DNA of 60,760 nucleotides, filler included, from Basidiobolus ranarum (taxonomy: Eukaryota), in the NCBI GenBank assembly GCA_040143965.1. It is 5 parts of 5 records of this genome, joined end to end, with 100 filler letters (N's around TTAATTAATTAA, not from the genome) between each part and the next. Parts side by side here need not be neighbours in the genome. Positions count along the whole stretch, not along the records: positions 1 to 12,111 come from JASJQH010007442.1; positions 12,212 to 24,294 come from JASJQH010007443.1; 3 more parts are not named here. One strand, 5' to 3'. The position numbers and the translations under genes are program-made. Below, one piece after another: positions 1 to 12,928 of the stretch (position 1 is its first letter; every line of letters starts with the position of its first letter). The notes under the pieces were generated by a model. The model was not told the origin of the DNA. It saw nothing but the letters and a program-made list of their open reading frames with translations, and searched no databases.

Positions 1-295
1 CATAGCTTGCCACCAGTTCATCCCGAGAGACACCAATGACCCAGCCATCAAGAACTTTGGAATGTTGAAAGCATCACTGATCCAGAAGGAGACGAAGTTG
101 AGAAGATCCCAGGTTTGTCTTTCTTCGGGGAGAGGAGCCATATCCTCACTCCAGTAGCGGTTATTTTCGTGCTCAACATCACCACCCTTGGGTTTGATTT
201 CCAACAAACTGAATTCAAATACCTGAGTTAGTGTTTTCGTTCTTAGTACAAGTCAAATCAGTTGAAAAAGAAACTTACTTCCGAATTCTCTCCAT
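1..295 (-). CDS. NCS1-family (Fur4/Dal4/Thi7-like) nucleobase/allantoin/thiamine permease, 5' end only
   Basis: Manual translation: ATG at 295, exon 1 295-279, intron 278-209 (GTAAGT...CTAAC...CAG), then NLLEIKPKGG...RYWSEDMAPLPEERQTWDLLNFVSFWISDAFNIPKFLMAGSLVSLGMNWWQAM. This matches the N-terminal pattern of fungal NCS1 permeases. Runs off the window edge. Confidence 0.85.
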
Positions 296-1380
296 GATAT
301 GTGTGTATTAGAGAAGATGATTGTTGGTTCTGACATTTAGGATTTCTTTTATGTCACTAGTGCCACAATTTACTTTTGACCATGGGAACTGAATATATAT
401 ATAACTGATAAGATTTTTAATGTATCAGCCTGGGATCAATTTACGTGTTATATTGGCTGATCAATATAATAAAAGTCTTGGTAGCTCAATGATATTACTA
501 TTATTAGTATGCTAGTTCGTCGACCGCTGTTTCTTTAATTCGTTGATTCTAAACTCCTGTTAGAAGAGAGTACCTTGGCATACTCGAAAACCTCGCAGTA
601 TTTACACCACCGCATTAATGAGATCAGTAAGTTGTAGAGTCTTTTTCTACAGAGAGGACATCCATTAGAAACGCTTACTAGTGACTTGGTATCAATTTCC
701 AAATCACCTAAAGTATGTTGCATTCTATGGAACGCTTCCGCTTCAGTAGTTGATTATCTTAGTAACACAATCTGTAATATATCTTACTAAAGCTTATTCA
801 GCACCACCAAGATAATCGTAATGAAGGTGTTAATGGATAAAAGAGAGTATTAAGTTTGTTTGTCGATTTTAACTTTTCAACCAACTTCTTGGTACATTTT
901 CACTGATGAAGGAAGGTGGTTAAAGCAGAGTTTATCTGACAATTTTAAAGGGAAATTTTGGTTCAAACCGATCATTAGTGTGGAAAAATCTGATCAACCA
1001 AGATGAACTTTCATATCCATATCGATCGAACAGGTTCAACCGGAATACAAAAACAATACTAGTCACTTGTATTATCTGGTCCGGATTAACCCAAATAGCA
1101 GACCCCAGTATCATATTCATGCCAACCAGAAGGTACTATTTTGAGCGACTAGGTCTTGAAATCAGAAACAGAGTAACCTATACATGTTTCTAGGACATGA
1201 TGGCTTAGTTTAGCTCGAAAACCTTTTACATCTGCAGCCATCTAAACCCAATATCTGATCTTCTTGACGAGAAATAAATGGAACATAATTCGTGTGAAAG
1301 GTGGAGATCTGCTATATAAGTCAGTATATTCTGTTAAGCATAAAGCAACTGAAACAGTATCACAAGTTATCTCTAATAAA

Positions 1381-1439
1381 TGTTGAAATTGACATTGCCT
1401 AAACACCTATATAGTATATATAGCTTAGTATTTAGTTAT
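1381..1439 (+). repeat. Fragment of a copia-type LTR end (TGTTGAAA...)
   Basis: tgttgaaattgacattgcctaaacacctatatagtatatatagcttagtatttagttat is nearly identical to the reverse complement of 25073-25131 and similar to that of 19477-19530. Confidence 0.75.
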
Positions 1440-2382
1440 CCCAGTATTCCTGTGCATGCCAGAGTTTTTTATGTAAATTTCACTGAGCTCAGATGTATGA
1501 GTTTCAAAAGTTGATTCCATTAACTTTTGTTCCAGACTCATTCTATCACCACATTGTATATAGGCAGAGATATCTTATGTTATTTCTAATCATGACATTC
1601 TTTTTCATCAGTAAGTTCTGAGAGTTTTATTGATAGAAATTATTTCAGGAGTTATCTTTGATGCTTTTTAACGTATTAATTAGAAGCATAGCCAACAATG
1701 TATAATTCTAGTGCAAAAAACATGTTGAACTCAAAACCGATTTACTGGTTGTCATGAACGCTGTTATTTGGGCTTTGACTAAGCTATGCAACAAATATCA
1801 AGTTGAATCATAAAGTGGATGCAGAGATATTATATGAACAAGTTTGAAAATTTGGTCTTTTCTCAACCTTTCCTCAATAAATTTTGATTTTCGAGAAAAA
1901 CATGTCAAACATGATATTTAGGTGCTTAACTATAGTATTTCAACTACTATATCAGCATAGACTGCATTAGACTCAATTTGCTCTGAATGCTTTTCTGTCC
2001 AGAATTGAATTTTTGAACACATAACCATGTCGTAATTTGGTTAATGCTTCTGTGAGTAATTTTTAAATGGGCCATCATGATTACCACAAATACCATGTTA
2101 CTCTTTAGTTATAGCTTTATTACGAGAGATATTTAGAAATGGACTCAAAGAGGAAATTGATGAGATAATTGTGGCTTTGGGTTAGGGCTAGGATACGAGA
2201 ATGATACTATTATAGTACTCACAGTTGTATGCAGAATATGCTATTCTTTATTATTTACTATTACTACAATCTAGGTTATAATCGAAACGGATAAGCGTAT
2301 CACGTTTGCCATACCATTATTAGTAATCAACAAATTTATAAGTGGGGCTGCAACCTTCTCAACGTATATTCTTAAACCCACC

Positions 2383-3477
2383 ATGACCAACAATCTCTTT
2401 GAACCTATTCAAGTAGGTCGCAACAAGTTAGAACACCGCGTTGTACTAGCCCCGTTAACACGCTTCAGAGCCAATGACCAAGGAGTCCCCCAGGATATTG
2501 CACAGCGTTACTATGAGCAACGTGCAAGCAAAGGCGGGTTGCTAATTACTGAGGCTACGTTTATTTCTCCAGATGGTGGAGGGCTTCCACACGCTCCAGG
2601 AATTCACACCCCAGCTCAGATTGAAGCCTGGAAGAAAGTGACTGATGTTGTACATAAGAAAGGAGGAGTAATTTATCTACAACTTTGGTTTTTAGGTAGA
2701 GCAGGTATGAGTATGTTTCTACCTGATCACCATCAACCCGTCTCCGCCTCAGCTATTGCAATTACTGGTCAAGTGCATCCAGGAATGCCCTATGAAACAC
2801 CAAGAGCGTTAGAGCTGCATGAAATTCCACCAATTGTAAATTCTTACAAACAAGCTGCTTTAAACGCTATTCAATCCGGCTTTGATGGTGTAGAGATCCA
2901 TGGAGCCAACGGTTACTTGATTGATCAATTCCTCAATTCTCACAGTAACAAACGTACTGATGCATATGGAGGAACCATTGAAAATCGATGCAGACTTGCT
3001 TTGGAAGTTATAGATGCAGTGACAAAAGCTGTTGGGGAAGATAGGACAGCAATTCGTCTCTCCCCTTACAACACATTTCAAGACATGAAAGAAGAAGCCC
3101 CGTTAGAAGTGTTTTCATATTTAACAACCGAGATTCAAAGATTGTATCCAAATATGGCATACCTACATTTCATTAAAGCTCGTATCTGTGGAGATACAGA
3201 GGTCGAGAGCCAGGAACAGCCTTTAACCCTAGAGCCATTCCAAAATATTTGGAAAGGTCCTTTCATATCTGCTGGTGGATACACAGCTAAATCCGCTATC
3301 GAAACGGCAGTAAATTCCAATGAACTTGTTGCCTTTGGCCGAGAATTCATCTCTAACCCAGATTTACCTAAGCGCATTAAAAACCAATGGGAATTGAATC
3401 CTTACAACAGAAGTACCTTCTATACCCCTGGTCCTGAGGGATATATCGACTATCCTTTCTATAGCAACTCTGACTAA
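2383..3477 (+). CDS. Old Yellow Enzyme / NADH:flavin oxidoreductase (12-oxophytodienoate reductase-like), single exon
   Basis: 364 aa ORF with LAPLTRFRA, ITEAT, GFDGVEIHGANGYLIDQFL (catalytic H/N/Y), RTDAYGG, FGREFISNPDL and TFY...GYIDYP. Confidence 0.96.
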   Translation: MTNNLFEPIQVGRNKLEHRVVLAPLTRFRANDQGVPQDIAQRYYEQRASKGGLLITEATFISPDGGGLPHAPGIHTPAQIEAWKKVTDVVHKKGGVIYLQLWFLGRAGMSMFLPDHHQPVSASAIAITGQVHPGMPYETPRALELHEIPPIVNSYKQAALNAIQSGFDGVEIHGANGYLIDQFLNSHSNKRTDAYGGTIENRCRLALEVIDAVTKAVGEDRTAIRLSPYNTFQDMKEEAPLEVFSYLTTEIQRLYPNMAYLHFIKARICGDTEVESQEQPLTLEPFQNIWKGPFISAGGYTAKSAIETAVNSNELVAFGREFISNPDLPKRIKNQWELNPYNRSTFYTPGPEGYIDYPFYSNSD

Positions 3478-3751
3478 GTACCCTCTCTATAACGACTTGG
3501 ATCAAGGATTCAAATTAATAAAGACTTGCATCAAACAGAACCGTATTTCTTGAGACAATTTATGTTGCATAATTGTAGCAGATGTTTAGACTTTAGAAAA
3601 GTCAGTATATTTACTTCACATAATTCTATCAAACCAGAATTTATTTTTGAAACACCAAGAAATCTCAGTCTAGTCGCATACTGAAACTGTAGATTCTCAC
3701 ATCGCGTATAAATGAGATATCGCTCTAATTAATCACCAAATTCATTCTAGC

Positions 3752-4183
3752 ATGTTGGTCTTTTTGTTTGTACCTCTTTCTCTTCTCTATCTCCTGGGAA
3801 CAGTTTCAGGGACGACAGATAACAATGCACTTCACCAATACGATGTGCTACATGGAGAGCTCTTAAGAGTGACTAAATTCGTAGGTGTCCGTTTAAAAAA
3901 ACTGGAGAAGAAGCTAAGGACGAACATCCTCAATACTGATATCCGAAGAAAGCGGGCTCAAGACGAATACATCGCATTGAATGAGAGAGTTAAGAACATT
4001 TATGAGGGCTGGCACCAAGCTATCGCAACTCTAGATGATGGTGAGCACCCAGTTGATAAAGGTTTACAAGAACGTCTCGAAAAAGATCAATACGACTATA
4101 TAGATATTCAGAACGAATACTATCGACGATATTTCAAAGCCGGGGCACATCTTCAAAATTTCTTGAAAAAATATGCAAAATAA
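3752..4183 (+). CDS. Small secreted helical protein of unknown function
   Basis: 143 aa ORF with a hydrophobic N-terminal signal-like segment, no Cys and a RRKR site. TATA-like tataaa about 45 nt upstream and AATAAA just after the stop. Confidence 0.65.
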   Translation: MLVFLFVPLSLLYLLGTVSGTTDNNALHQYDVLHGELLRVTKFVGVRLKKLEKKLRTNILNTDIRRKRAQDEYIALNERVKNIYEGWHQAIATLDDGEHPVDKGLQERLEKDQYDYIDIQNEYYRRYFKAGAHLQNFLKKYAK

Positions 4184-4246
4184 TTAACCATATAATAAAA
4201 ATCTCTTGATCTATACAAAGAAGGTTTATTGTTCAACATTGACTGG

Positions 4247-5529
4247 TTATTCGTTACGAAGATTGGCCAACACTTCAATCTTAATCTGTGTCATGACTTC
4301 GTCTCTAAGAAGGTCTTGAATAGGATAGTTGAGGGACGCTTCGTAAGCATAGATGATAGCAGTATCGTGAATAGACATGAACTGCTTATTCAGGGCTTGT
4401 ATACAGTTGCATACACGGGCGATAGTTTCTCTTTCGACAACCGAGATTTCCTATATTATGGTTTAGATAATATTCCCACAACTAGATACAATGAAAATAT
4501 GTACCTGATTCTTATTGCTATAGACAGTCTCTGGATTCAATTCAACCTCAGATTGTGGAACACTTTTGCTGACCCAGATGTATCCATTTAAACCCAAGAT
4601 AACATCCACACCAAATGGAAGAGTATGGAAATGGGAGCGACTTCTTTGGACTAACGATGGGGATACAACCACAAACGAACCGTTACGTAACTGAAAGGAA
4701 CATGTTCAAAATTGGGTTCTGTTCATCGTCAACATAAATGCCGCTTACCTTTCCGTATTTCAAACTACGAGTATGGAGTGACATAGCACCATCTCCGAAG
4801 AAAGCTTGCGCCTCAGCCTTCAAGGAAATGGATATTAGATGTGTTGGTATTTAAATTGAGGTTTGTTCTGCTTACCACTACTAAATCACCTTCTGCGAAA
4901 AATACTCGCATTTGAAGTTCATCAGACTCAGATTTTCTACGTTGTACTCCACCAGGTAAATTGACAGACGAAAGTAAAAGTACAGAATCTTGACGGGAGT
5001 TAGTATCAACTTTCCAACGTTTTTGACCAACCTAAAACATTATCGAAATGATTAGTAAGGAATCAATGCTCGCTCTGGACGTCAATTATTGAATAAATTC
5101 CAAGGATTTCGCAAATACTAACGTCAATGATACGGCCAACAACGACATCACCGATTTCACCTGTATATCTAAATTTTACATGAATATACAATAAATATAG
5201 AAATCAAGAAAATATATAGATTAGTTACCTAGAGCGCAAAGGCTTGACTGAAATCAATTTGTTAACACGTTCGACTACACCAGCAAGTGAAGATAAAACA
5301 CGTTCCTCATCTAAGTAGGTACCATGACCTCTGGTAAAGGCACGTGTTTAATAAGATAACTTTATACCAATTCAATTTAGGGTTTCGCAACTGACCTCAT
5401 GAAAGCAGTATCCGAAGTAATACATTCACCAGGAGTTACAATGTGACCAATCTGGTTTTCAGAATCTATAGGCATATCCTCATCTTTAAATTCTACTGGG
5501 GCTGTAGGGTTCAAAAAACGAATGTGCAT
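4247..5529 (-). CDS. RRP4: Exosome complex component RRP4 (7 exons)
   Basis: Manual spliced translation: IVTPGECITSDTAFMR|GHGTY...AGVVERVNKLISVKPLRSR|YTGEIGDVVVGRIID|VGQKRWKVD...SSVNLPGGVQRRKSESDELQMR...|AEAQ...SLHTRSLKYGK|LRNG...GVDVILGLNGYIWV...|...RETIARVCNCI. ATG at 5529, TAA at 4247-4249. Confidence 0.95.
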
Positions 5530-6156
5530 TTTGAAAATATATTTATATGTATAACTATTAAAGACTGGAGTAAAAGTTGAAAATACAACCCTTCACCAGA
5601 ATACTGTCTTCGACATAGTAAATGGAACTTTTTTTCTTTTTTCTCGCATACATAATTGATATTTTATATTTGATTTATGTTTAATCCAAATCTTATTCAA
5701 TTTGCCTTTTCTCACTAATCAATTTTTCTTCATTACATTGTATTCACGAATAAACTACTTTGGAATGAAAATGCCAAAGTATCATAATACTAGGGCCCTT
5801 TTTTAAATTAGCCTCATCAAAGATAATGAGCAGTTTGCTTTAGGAATCACACAACAAATTCATTCAGTATATATTATCAAAACTGAACTAGAGAAGCACA
5901 AATGTATTTCCTAGGCCCGTTTGTTAACCTAGCGCCGGATGATTTGTAAGTTTTATCAATGTTTGGGAATATTTTGAAGTATGTGGGGAACAGTGTGTGA
6001 GAACACAAATCGGTTGAATTTGTTCATCAAAAAGGAGAAGATTGTGACCCTAAAGTATCTTAAAGCTTTCCCACGATACAAAGTCAGGTGAATAAAGTTG
6101 ACCCATTATATTTAGCAAAGCTTAGTGTAATTATCATAAACGTTGAATCTTTTTTA

Positions 6157-7572
6157 ATGTTAAGAGCCATTGCTAACTCAAGTCTCAATTTCCGTTGTTC
6201 AGCACTATCACGCAGTGTCTTAACACAACTCAAGTGCGCTTATCAAACTTCTACTATGAGTAGCCACAAAGTTTTTGAGAATCGTAAGTAATCAGAAGGT
6301 GTTAACAACTTTAAACCGTGTATGTTGTTAACTGATTATTATTTCTATCCAGTGAGATCCTCTGCTTCGTGAGTAAAATAAGATTTCTATACATATTTTC
6401 TACAGAATTCACTTGGACCGTTTTATGCACTGGCTCTTATTCAATCCTAAAATGATTTTTTCAGCTAATATATATTAAGTTTAATAGTGATAGCACCTAA
6501 CCGCTGTGTCTCTAACGCTGAAGAATATGATTATAAAGTACTGATGTTACGTCGGTCAGTAATATAAACGCAAGTACTTCAGACCCATAGAGTATTAATA
6601 CGTGTTTCACTTATAAAGGTCTTCCAATATTTCGTCTTTTGTAAATGCTCATGTATTTCCAGGCGGAAATGTTGACGCCACCGAAAAGCTAGCGGAGTGG
6701 TTAGAACCCACAAAAAGCCCACTCTATCAGCAAACTGCACTTGACTATAATCCTGCTCAAGACGAATTACTAAAATTCAAGCTATGCGCCATACGAGAGA
6801 CATTCGAAGAGTGCGGTTTATTGTTGACTAAAGCCCAAAATGATCAGCATAAAGCTTTTGGTGCTGAGGAGCTTCAAAGCTGGCGCAATTTAGTATGGGA
6901 TTTCTGTAAGTTGAGTATAATTAACATAAAAACTAATATTTATTCAAGATCTACAGAGATGCGGACAAATTTATTGAAATTTGCAGAGAACATCAAATGT
7001 ATCCAACAGTTGAGCAACTTACCCATTTTTCTAACTGGATTACTCCCATAAACTATCCGAAGCGTTACGATACTCATTTCTTCCTGACTTTTCTAAACGT
7101 GGACCTTAACGAGCTCGAGTCGACTATAATTGCGGATGGACAAGAAAGCGTACATACCGTTTGGTACACACCCAGTCAGGCTCTAAGAGCATTTGAAAAG
7201 GGTGAAATCACGTTGTTCCCCCCTCAATGGTACACATTGAATGAACTCAGTCAGAGTAAAACAATATCAGAGTTGAGAGGATATTTAAGTAAATGCGACA
7301 AAATTGTCCCATTTGTACCCCAGTTTCAGAAAGCTAACTCGGAGGAAATTCACAACTTCCCTACCATAGAAAATACGGACACCGTTAAGCTGTTCTCAAT
7401 GTTGCCAGGCGATGAATCCTATTCTTTGCCAAGTGTAGCAGTCTCGAAGCCCGGTAATCGCCATCGTCTTTGGATTTGCAAGGACAAGAACACCCAAAGA
7501 ATGTTTAGCATTCAATTAGAGAAGAGTGAAGCAAAAACAAGCAACGAAACTAAAGTGTTCTCTAAAATGTAA
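6157..7572 (+). CDS. NUDT19: NUDT19-like Nudix (acyl-CoA/CoA diphosphatase) hydrolase, 5 exons
   Basis: Spliced: RSSAS|LIVIAP...YKVLMLRR|SS...FVNAHVFPGGNVD...KLCAIRETFEECGLLL (Nudix box with insertion)...FSNWITP...KRYDTHFFL...LFPPQWYTL. Ends in PTS1-like SKM. Includes a 16-nt exon (6353-6368). Confidence 0.88.
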
Positions 7573-8496
7573 TAAAATACTTGAGATCAATCAAACTAAC
7601 TTTCCTGTGGCAAAGTTTTGATATTATTACACGTCCATGCACTCCAAGCCCAAAATAAGAATAGGATTTTTTAGGGAAGTTTCTATTAGCTTTTAATTGG
7701 CTCTGACTGCCATCGTTTCATCGCTACATCATAGTTTACTAGTAACCAAACGCGTTTCAGAGCACCGATTTAAATCTCTTGACGTAAAATCATTGGATCA
7801 AGTTGTTTGACTAATGCTAACTTTGGAAATGTGATGGGACTGGTAATGTGGCAATATGTAAAGCCTGTCCTTAAGCAGTAATCAAAGTGAATTATAGACA
7901 ATGCTTTACTATACAAGCAATGGATAGTTTCGTACCGAAATCCTGGACTCTCATACAGCACGAAATCTCGCGTTGGTAGATATCTTTAAGGATAGGTTAT
8001 CATCCAAAACCGTTGCAACACACCATTTTAGGCGCAGAGGCGTTTGAATACGATTCAAGTAGCTAATTCTTTCAAAGACTAGATCATACTTTATTTTTTA
8101 CTATGAGGTGATAACGCCAAAGGAATCGATTTCTTCGATGATATATACGCGATACGTGTTAAAAAAATGCGAAATAATAAGATATAAGATGGCAGTAAAT
8201 GGCGGTAGTCACCTCCTTTATCATTTGAGTTCCATTTTACACATTTGAGAATCTTGCCTGCCTCCGATTCGGATACTGTTAGGTGCTCAATTAATTCGAA
8301 GTAATTGAGTGTTTTATATCCTGTAACTTTATTCTACTCTGTCTTTATTTTTCTCTCCATTCATTTCACTGAACGGGAAGGATTTGGAGCTTTAGCATCA
8401 AAACCTTAGAAATCATTCACCTTACAGCTATTGGTAGGATCTAAATCCTCTGACTGCCATACCTTTAATATCTATTATTCTTGATATCTGTCCAGC

Positions 8497-9108
8497 ATGT
8501 TTTCGGATCTATTCCTATCGATGAAACGTTACTTACATCAGCACTTCGGTTCCACTTCATCCTTACCATATCCGCATTGGAGTAAACGTGCGAACGCCTT
8601 GGATATTCCAATATTTAGCATAGCACCACAGGGGTGCGTTCCAAGTGAATATCCACGTAGTTTCCTCGAAGAGGTGCTTGATGACTTCCAATTGGAGCAC
8701 GTAGATGGCCCTGGCTCGTGGCTTGAGGAAGTGCGGGAGGGATTTATTGATTTCATGGCTCAACAAAGGCCAGTCCCGAATTCTCCAGCCTACAACCGGA
8801 TAGTTGCTCGTAGAAGATCTAAACTAAGAAAATCACGTAGAACCAACTCCATCCACTCTTGGGTTTCGAAAATCTCCATGCCAACCACTGAAGCCTGTGC
8901 AAAAATATCCAGTGATTCTATACCAACGATCGAAGATAGCATCAGAGTATCTAGTGATTCTTCGGAATTCTCCACTGTTCATACCGATGAAGAGAATATT
9001 GTACACAATCAACCTTCTATATCTTCACTTCCTCCGCCACTACCAGTATCACGAAAACCACGCCAAGGAATAGATATAGAGAGCAGGGTGTGGATAACGA
9101 TTGAATGA
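8497..9108 (+). CDS. Hypothetical protein
   Basis: 203 aa single-exon ORF with a basic patch and a Ser/Pro-rich tail. No family recognised. Confidence 0.6.
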   Translation: MFSDLFLSMKRYLHQHFGSTSSLPYPHWSKRANALDIPIFSIAPQGCVPSEYPRSFLEEVLDDFQLEHVDGPGSWLEEVREGFIDFMAQQRPVPNSPAYNRIVARRRSKLRKSRRTNSIHSWVSKISMPTTEACAKISSDSIPTIEDSIRVSSDSSEFSTVHTDEENIVHNQPSISSLPPPLPVSRKPRQGIDIESRVWITIE

Positions 9109-9744
9109 AAGACAACCCTAAACTAATCCAAGCCTTCTTATCATATTTTAGCGGATGTCTGAGGCTGTGGTATCGAACGAGATGGTACCAACACCACTTG
9201 ATATCTAACACTTTGTCAATAGCAGCTACCACTCAACACCTCTCCTCCCAAACATTCATTTTCATACATTAATAGCAAGCCAGTGTAAAATACAGTTAAT
9301 TAAAATGCCGCATCTATCTTAAATGTATATAACATTGTCTACAAGTAACCGATCGATTTCTACATATTTGGGAAGAAATCTTGATTCCTATAAATCAAGT
9401 TGGGGGCGGTTGAGACAATGTATAAAGTAGTTTCAAAATGCCGCTCAATAAGTAGTAGTCATTGATGGGCAGAGCATAATGGGTTAATTGTGACCACTCG
9501 TTTTTTATACCACCAACTGACACAACTAAGCAAATTGTAGAAAGCCAATGACCAGCAATAATAAGCTGAAGTGGTAATAACCAATTGAGTGGAATGGAAA
9601 ACGATGATAACAACCTGTCCTTGGCGCCTTTACTGACTAGCTATTTATTGATACCAATCTCTTGCATTTTTACTAGTTCATCCGTTTTCTTTTGACGAGT
9701 GTCATAGAGACTATTTTTTATCTTATGAGTTTATATTAGATTGT

Positions 9745-10974
9745 ATGTTTCAAGTGGATATCTTTCTCAGTATCTTGGGCGGGGTTCTTAGCACTTTGAG
9801 TTGCATTATAATTATTGTATCTTACTTTTTCTTTTCTCGGAGGGACTCCTTGCGTTTAAGGCTTATTTTATCACTAACATTAAGTGGTATGTTCCTAAAA
9901 GATTGGTTAGCTTTATATCTGGTTGGAAGTCTAACTCTATATTCTGTAAAACGCTTTTTAATACACCAAGATTTACTTACCGCTGTAAACTCCATTGTCA
10001 CTCGGTGCCTAGATATTGAGCATAAACTTGTGGTTGGCCGACTATGTTCCTTCAACGGAATAGTATGGCAAACTGCGATACAAGTAGGTATTTCACTCTG
10101 AAAATTTTCATTCCACACATTCTCAATGAGCCGTTCCCAACGTTTAGGCAGGTGATTTAAGCATATGTCTTATTGCCATTATAACTTACTGCTCGATCAG
10201 AGATCCTTTGAAATGGCTAAACATTACCACTTTTTGGCAACGTAAGGAGGTGTTCTTGTTTCTCGGCATATGGATTGTACCCTTCATTAATTCATTGGTG
10301 ATTCTATTCACTGTAGGGTACATACCAGGTATTTATGTTTTTAGTTAGTGTGTACTTGTTGATTTGAATATTTGACTGATAACTTAGTTAGTGACAGGAA
10401 ACTGGTGTTGGATTCCACGAGAGCCAATATGGGTTCGATTTGTATCCACACACATACCTCGTTATATGGTGATCGGGATAGTGTTCGCCCTATATTTTAG
10501 ACTTTACTTTAATGTTAGAAGTGCTTTTCGTTCGCACAAAGAGGATTTCGAAATTGCTGGTATACTATCCAGTCAAGGAAATTCTGTAAGCATATACATA
10601 GAAAATTCCACTAACCAAGAAACATTTCAAAGCGAATGTAAGTACTGCTTCCAGTTAGTTACTATGACCAGTTATCTAACTTTCTTTCTTGAGTTACTGA
10701 AGTATTGCCAGATAGCTCGTATCTGGGCAGATCCCCAGCAGATGAGCAAAGGTTAATCAAATCCATGAGATTGTTGACACTCTATCCAATTGTATATATC
10801 CTATTATGGTTACCAGGACTGATTAATCGAATTGTGGAGGCATTTGGACTCTCCATTCAAGTATTAATTATTCTACAATCATCGGTACAATTCGAAGGTC
10901 TGGCTAATTGTATTTTGTATGGGTTTACGGAGTCAAAGAAGAAAGAAATACTCGAGAGATTTTGTCGTATATAA
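9745..10974 (+). CDS. Git3/cAMP-receptor-like 7-TM G-protein-coupled receptor (5 exons)
   Basis: Exons 9745-9886, 9971-10083, 10148-10328, 10392-10637 and 10710-10974 splice in frame via GT-AG introns. Motifs RLRLILSL..SD, CSFNG, GNWCWI, LYPIVYILLWLPGLINRI, GLANCILYG. Confidence 0.85.
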
Positions 10975-12111
10975 GCACCGCTCATTATAAAAATAAACAA
11001 CTAACCATGCTTTGTTAAATCTTTGTGACATTAGCATGGTGTCGTAATATAGCCATCAAAGTGCAACATATTAATATATGAGTCAAGGTCAGAAGATATA
11101 TCGCCGAGAGAAGTATTCATGTTATCTTCTTGAAAAAGGTACACTATGATGTGGCGGGAAGTAGGACTACGGTTACAACATACTCATTAAAAACCTGCTT
11201 GTTTAACCAGTAACAAGATGTCAGAATTGGGAACAGCGAATGATTCAAGTATATCTTTGCAGCGGAAACCAAATAAACAAAGAACAGTGGTTCTGTTACA
11301 TGCAAATCCAGATTCGTTGAAACTGTAAATACAAACAGACCAACTACTAGTACGTTCGTATTGCGTGCCATCATGAGTGGTACTGAGTGGCCCAAGGAAC
11401 ACTGGATGGCTGTATTAGCCTGCTCACGTGAATGACCAATGAGGTCATGCTGCATCTTTCTCACTAGTAATGGGCAACTCTGTATGGAACATCTAGAGAA
11501 ATATTGGCTAAAATAGAGCTTTCACCAATGTAAAAGTAACAGCGGAGTCTGGTCAAGCAAGGCGTCTAAAATAATGCTACCTAAACCTGAACGATCAGCC
11601 AGTGCATTCAGCCAACCAATTGTCAAAGCGACAGCACACCTTATATCCCATAACAAGGAGACACATATGAAGAACTGCTAAACCAACTCATGACACTAGT
11701 ATGAAAAGTTACTAAACTAACTCAATTTCCCCTTGTACGACTTGGCGACACCTCTAAATCAAATCCGTATACGTTACATGTAAATAATAGGAAATAATTA
11801 TGAATTACGGTTCTTTCTATAGATTGTTGGCATTGAGCACATCCAATTAGCTTTGCTATATCAGGCACTCAGTGTACTGAGGTTATGGTATTCGTTTGCT
11901 GAACAAATTTTTGTTGATACTTTCCACCAATCGATTGCCACTATACAACTCGTGGTACTTTGAATGGTTTTTCGGTTCGTGTAACACTGCACGAATGATC
12001 CCACATATGGATAAGTCCCAAACCTGGTCCTAAGCCATATAAAATGTGTGTTGTACTCCAAAGAGGCTCTTTATGTCAGGTTTTTTTATTACATTATAGT
12101 ACGCATCCTCC

Positions 12112-12211
12112 NNNNNNNNNNNNNNNNNNNNNNNNNNNNNNNNNNNNNNNNNNNNTTAATTAATTAANNNNNNNNNNNNNNNNNNNNNNNNNNNNNNNNN
12201 NNNNNNNNNNN
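12112..12211. other. Artificial contig linker
   Basis: N44-TTAATTAATTAA-N44, a multi-frame stop spacer. Confidence 0.98.
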
Positions 12212-12928
12212 ACTTGAGACCGGTGTATTTTGTTCAGAGCCATTACTTGCACGACCTGACTCGGCTACTATTAGGCTTGGGAGAAATAATTGCGCTGATG
12301 GCACATATTTCATCGATGTGGCGGGTGACGAATTCAAGATGCTGCGCTCCTTGGCAGGGATAGCTCCGGTGGTGTCACGTGGTAGGCTAAATGATTCTAG
12401 AATTCGAATGGCCTCGAGCTCTACCTCCCCAAATCCATCCGGTAAAGGTAGTGGCTGGTCTATATTTTAGCTGCCTCTCACAGGCTTATCGATTAGAGGG
12501 TTGTTAAGTAACAACATCGAGTTTGGAATAGAATTGGAACGTTTTTTAGTGACTTGAAAGTAGGCTGATAAGTCCTCTGTGGCTTCTCTTTTCTCAAACT
12601 TACGGTTACGTAGGAAACATTCCTCTTGGACCGAAACTTCTTCATCAGAGTCGAACCTTGGTTTTATAAAATTTTCGGCGCCATAGAGTCTCCCCATATT
12701 TTTGTGGACAGTAGTTTCTGAAAAAGAGCAGTTACTTCTTGTATTGGCGGGAGAATAAGGCCAAGTGTTTTCTCTGGCCGAGACAGTTGAACTCATAAGC
12801 CTATTTTCAACTGAGTTTTGTCGGGAGCAGGAGAAGGCCTTAGGCACAGTCGCTAAATTAATAAGAATCGAAGGGGCTTCAGTTGTTATCGTTGGAGATA
12901 TCATTGACTGCTTATATGAATATTCCAT
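12212..12928 (-). CDS. Hypothetical low-complexity protein, 3'-truncated at contig end
   Basis: ATG at 12928. Intron 12603-12460 (GTAAGT...GCTAA...TAG) removes the TAA and joins in frame to HQPLPLPDGFGEVELEAIRILESFSLPR..., which is open up to the linker. Confidence 0.6.

Noticed and set aside
4229-4591. 120-aa plus-strand ORF
   Set aside because: Antisense shadow of the RRP4 exons.
12467-12469. Second apparent in-frame stop with an open frame beyond it
   Set aside because: Explained by a canonical 144-nt intron (12603-12460) that preserves the frame.
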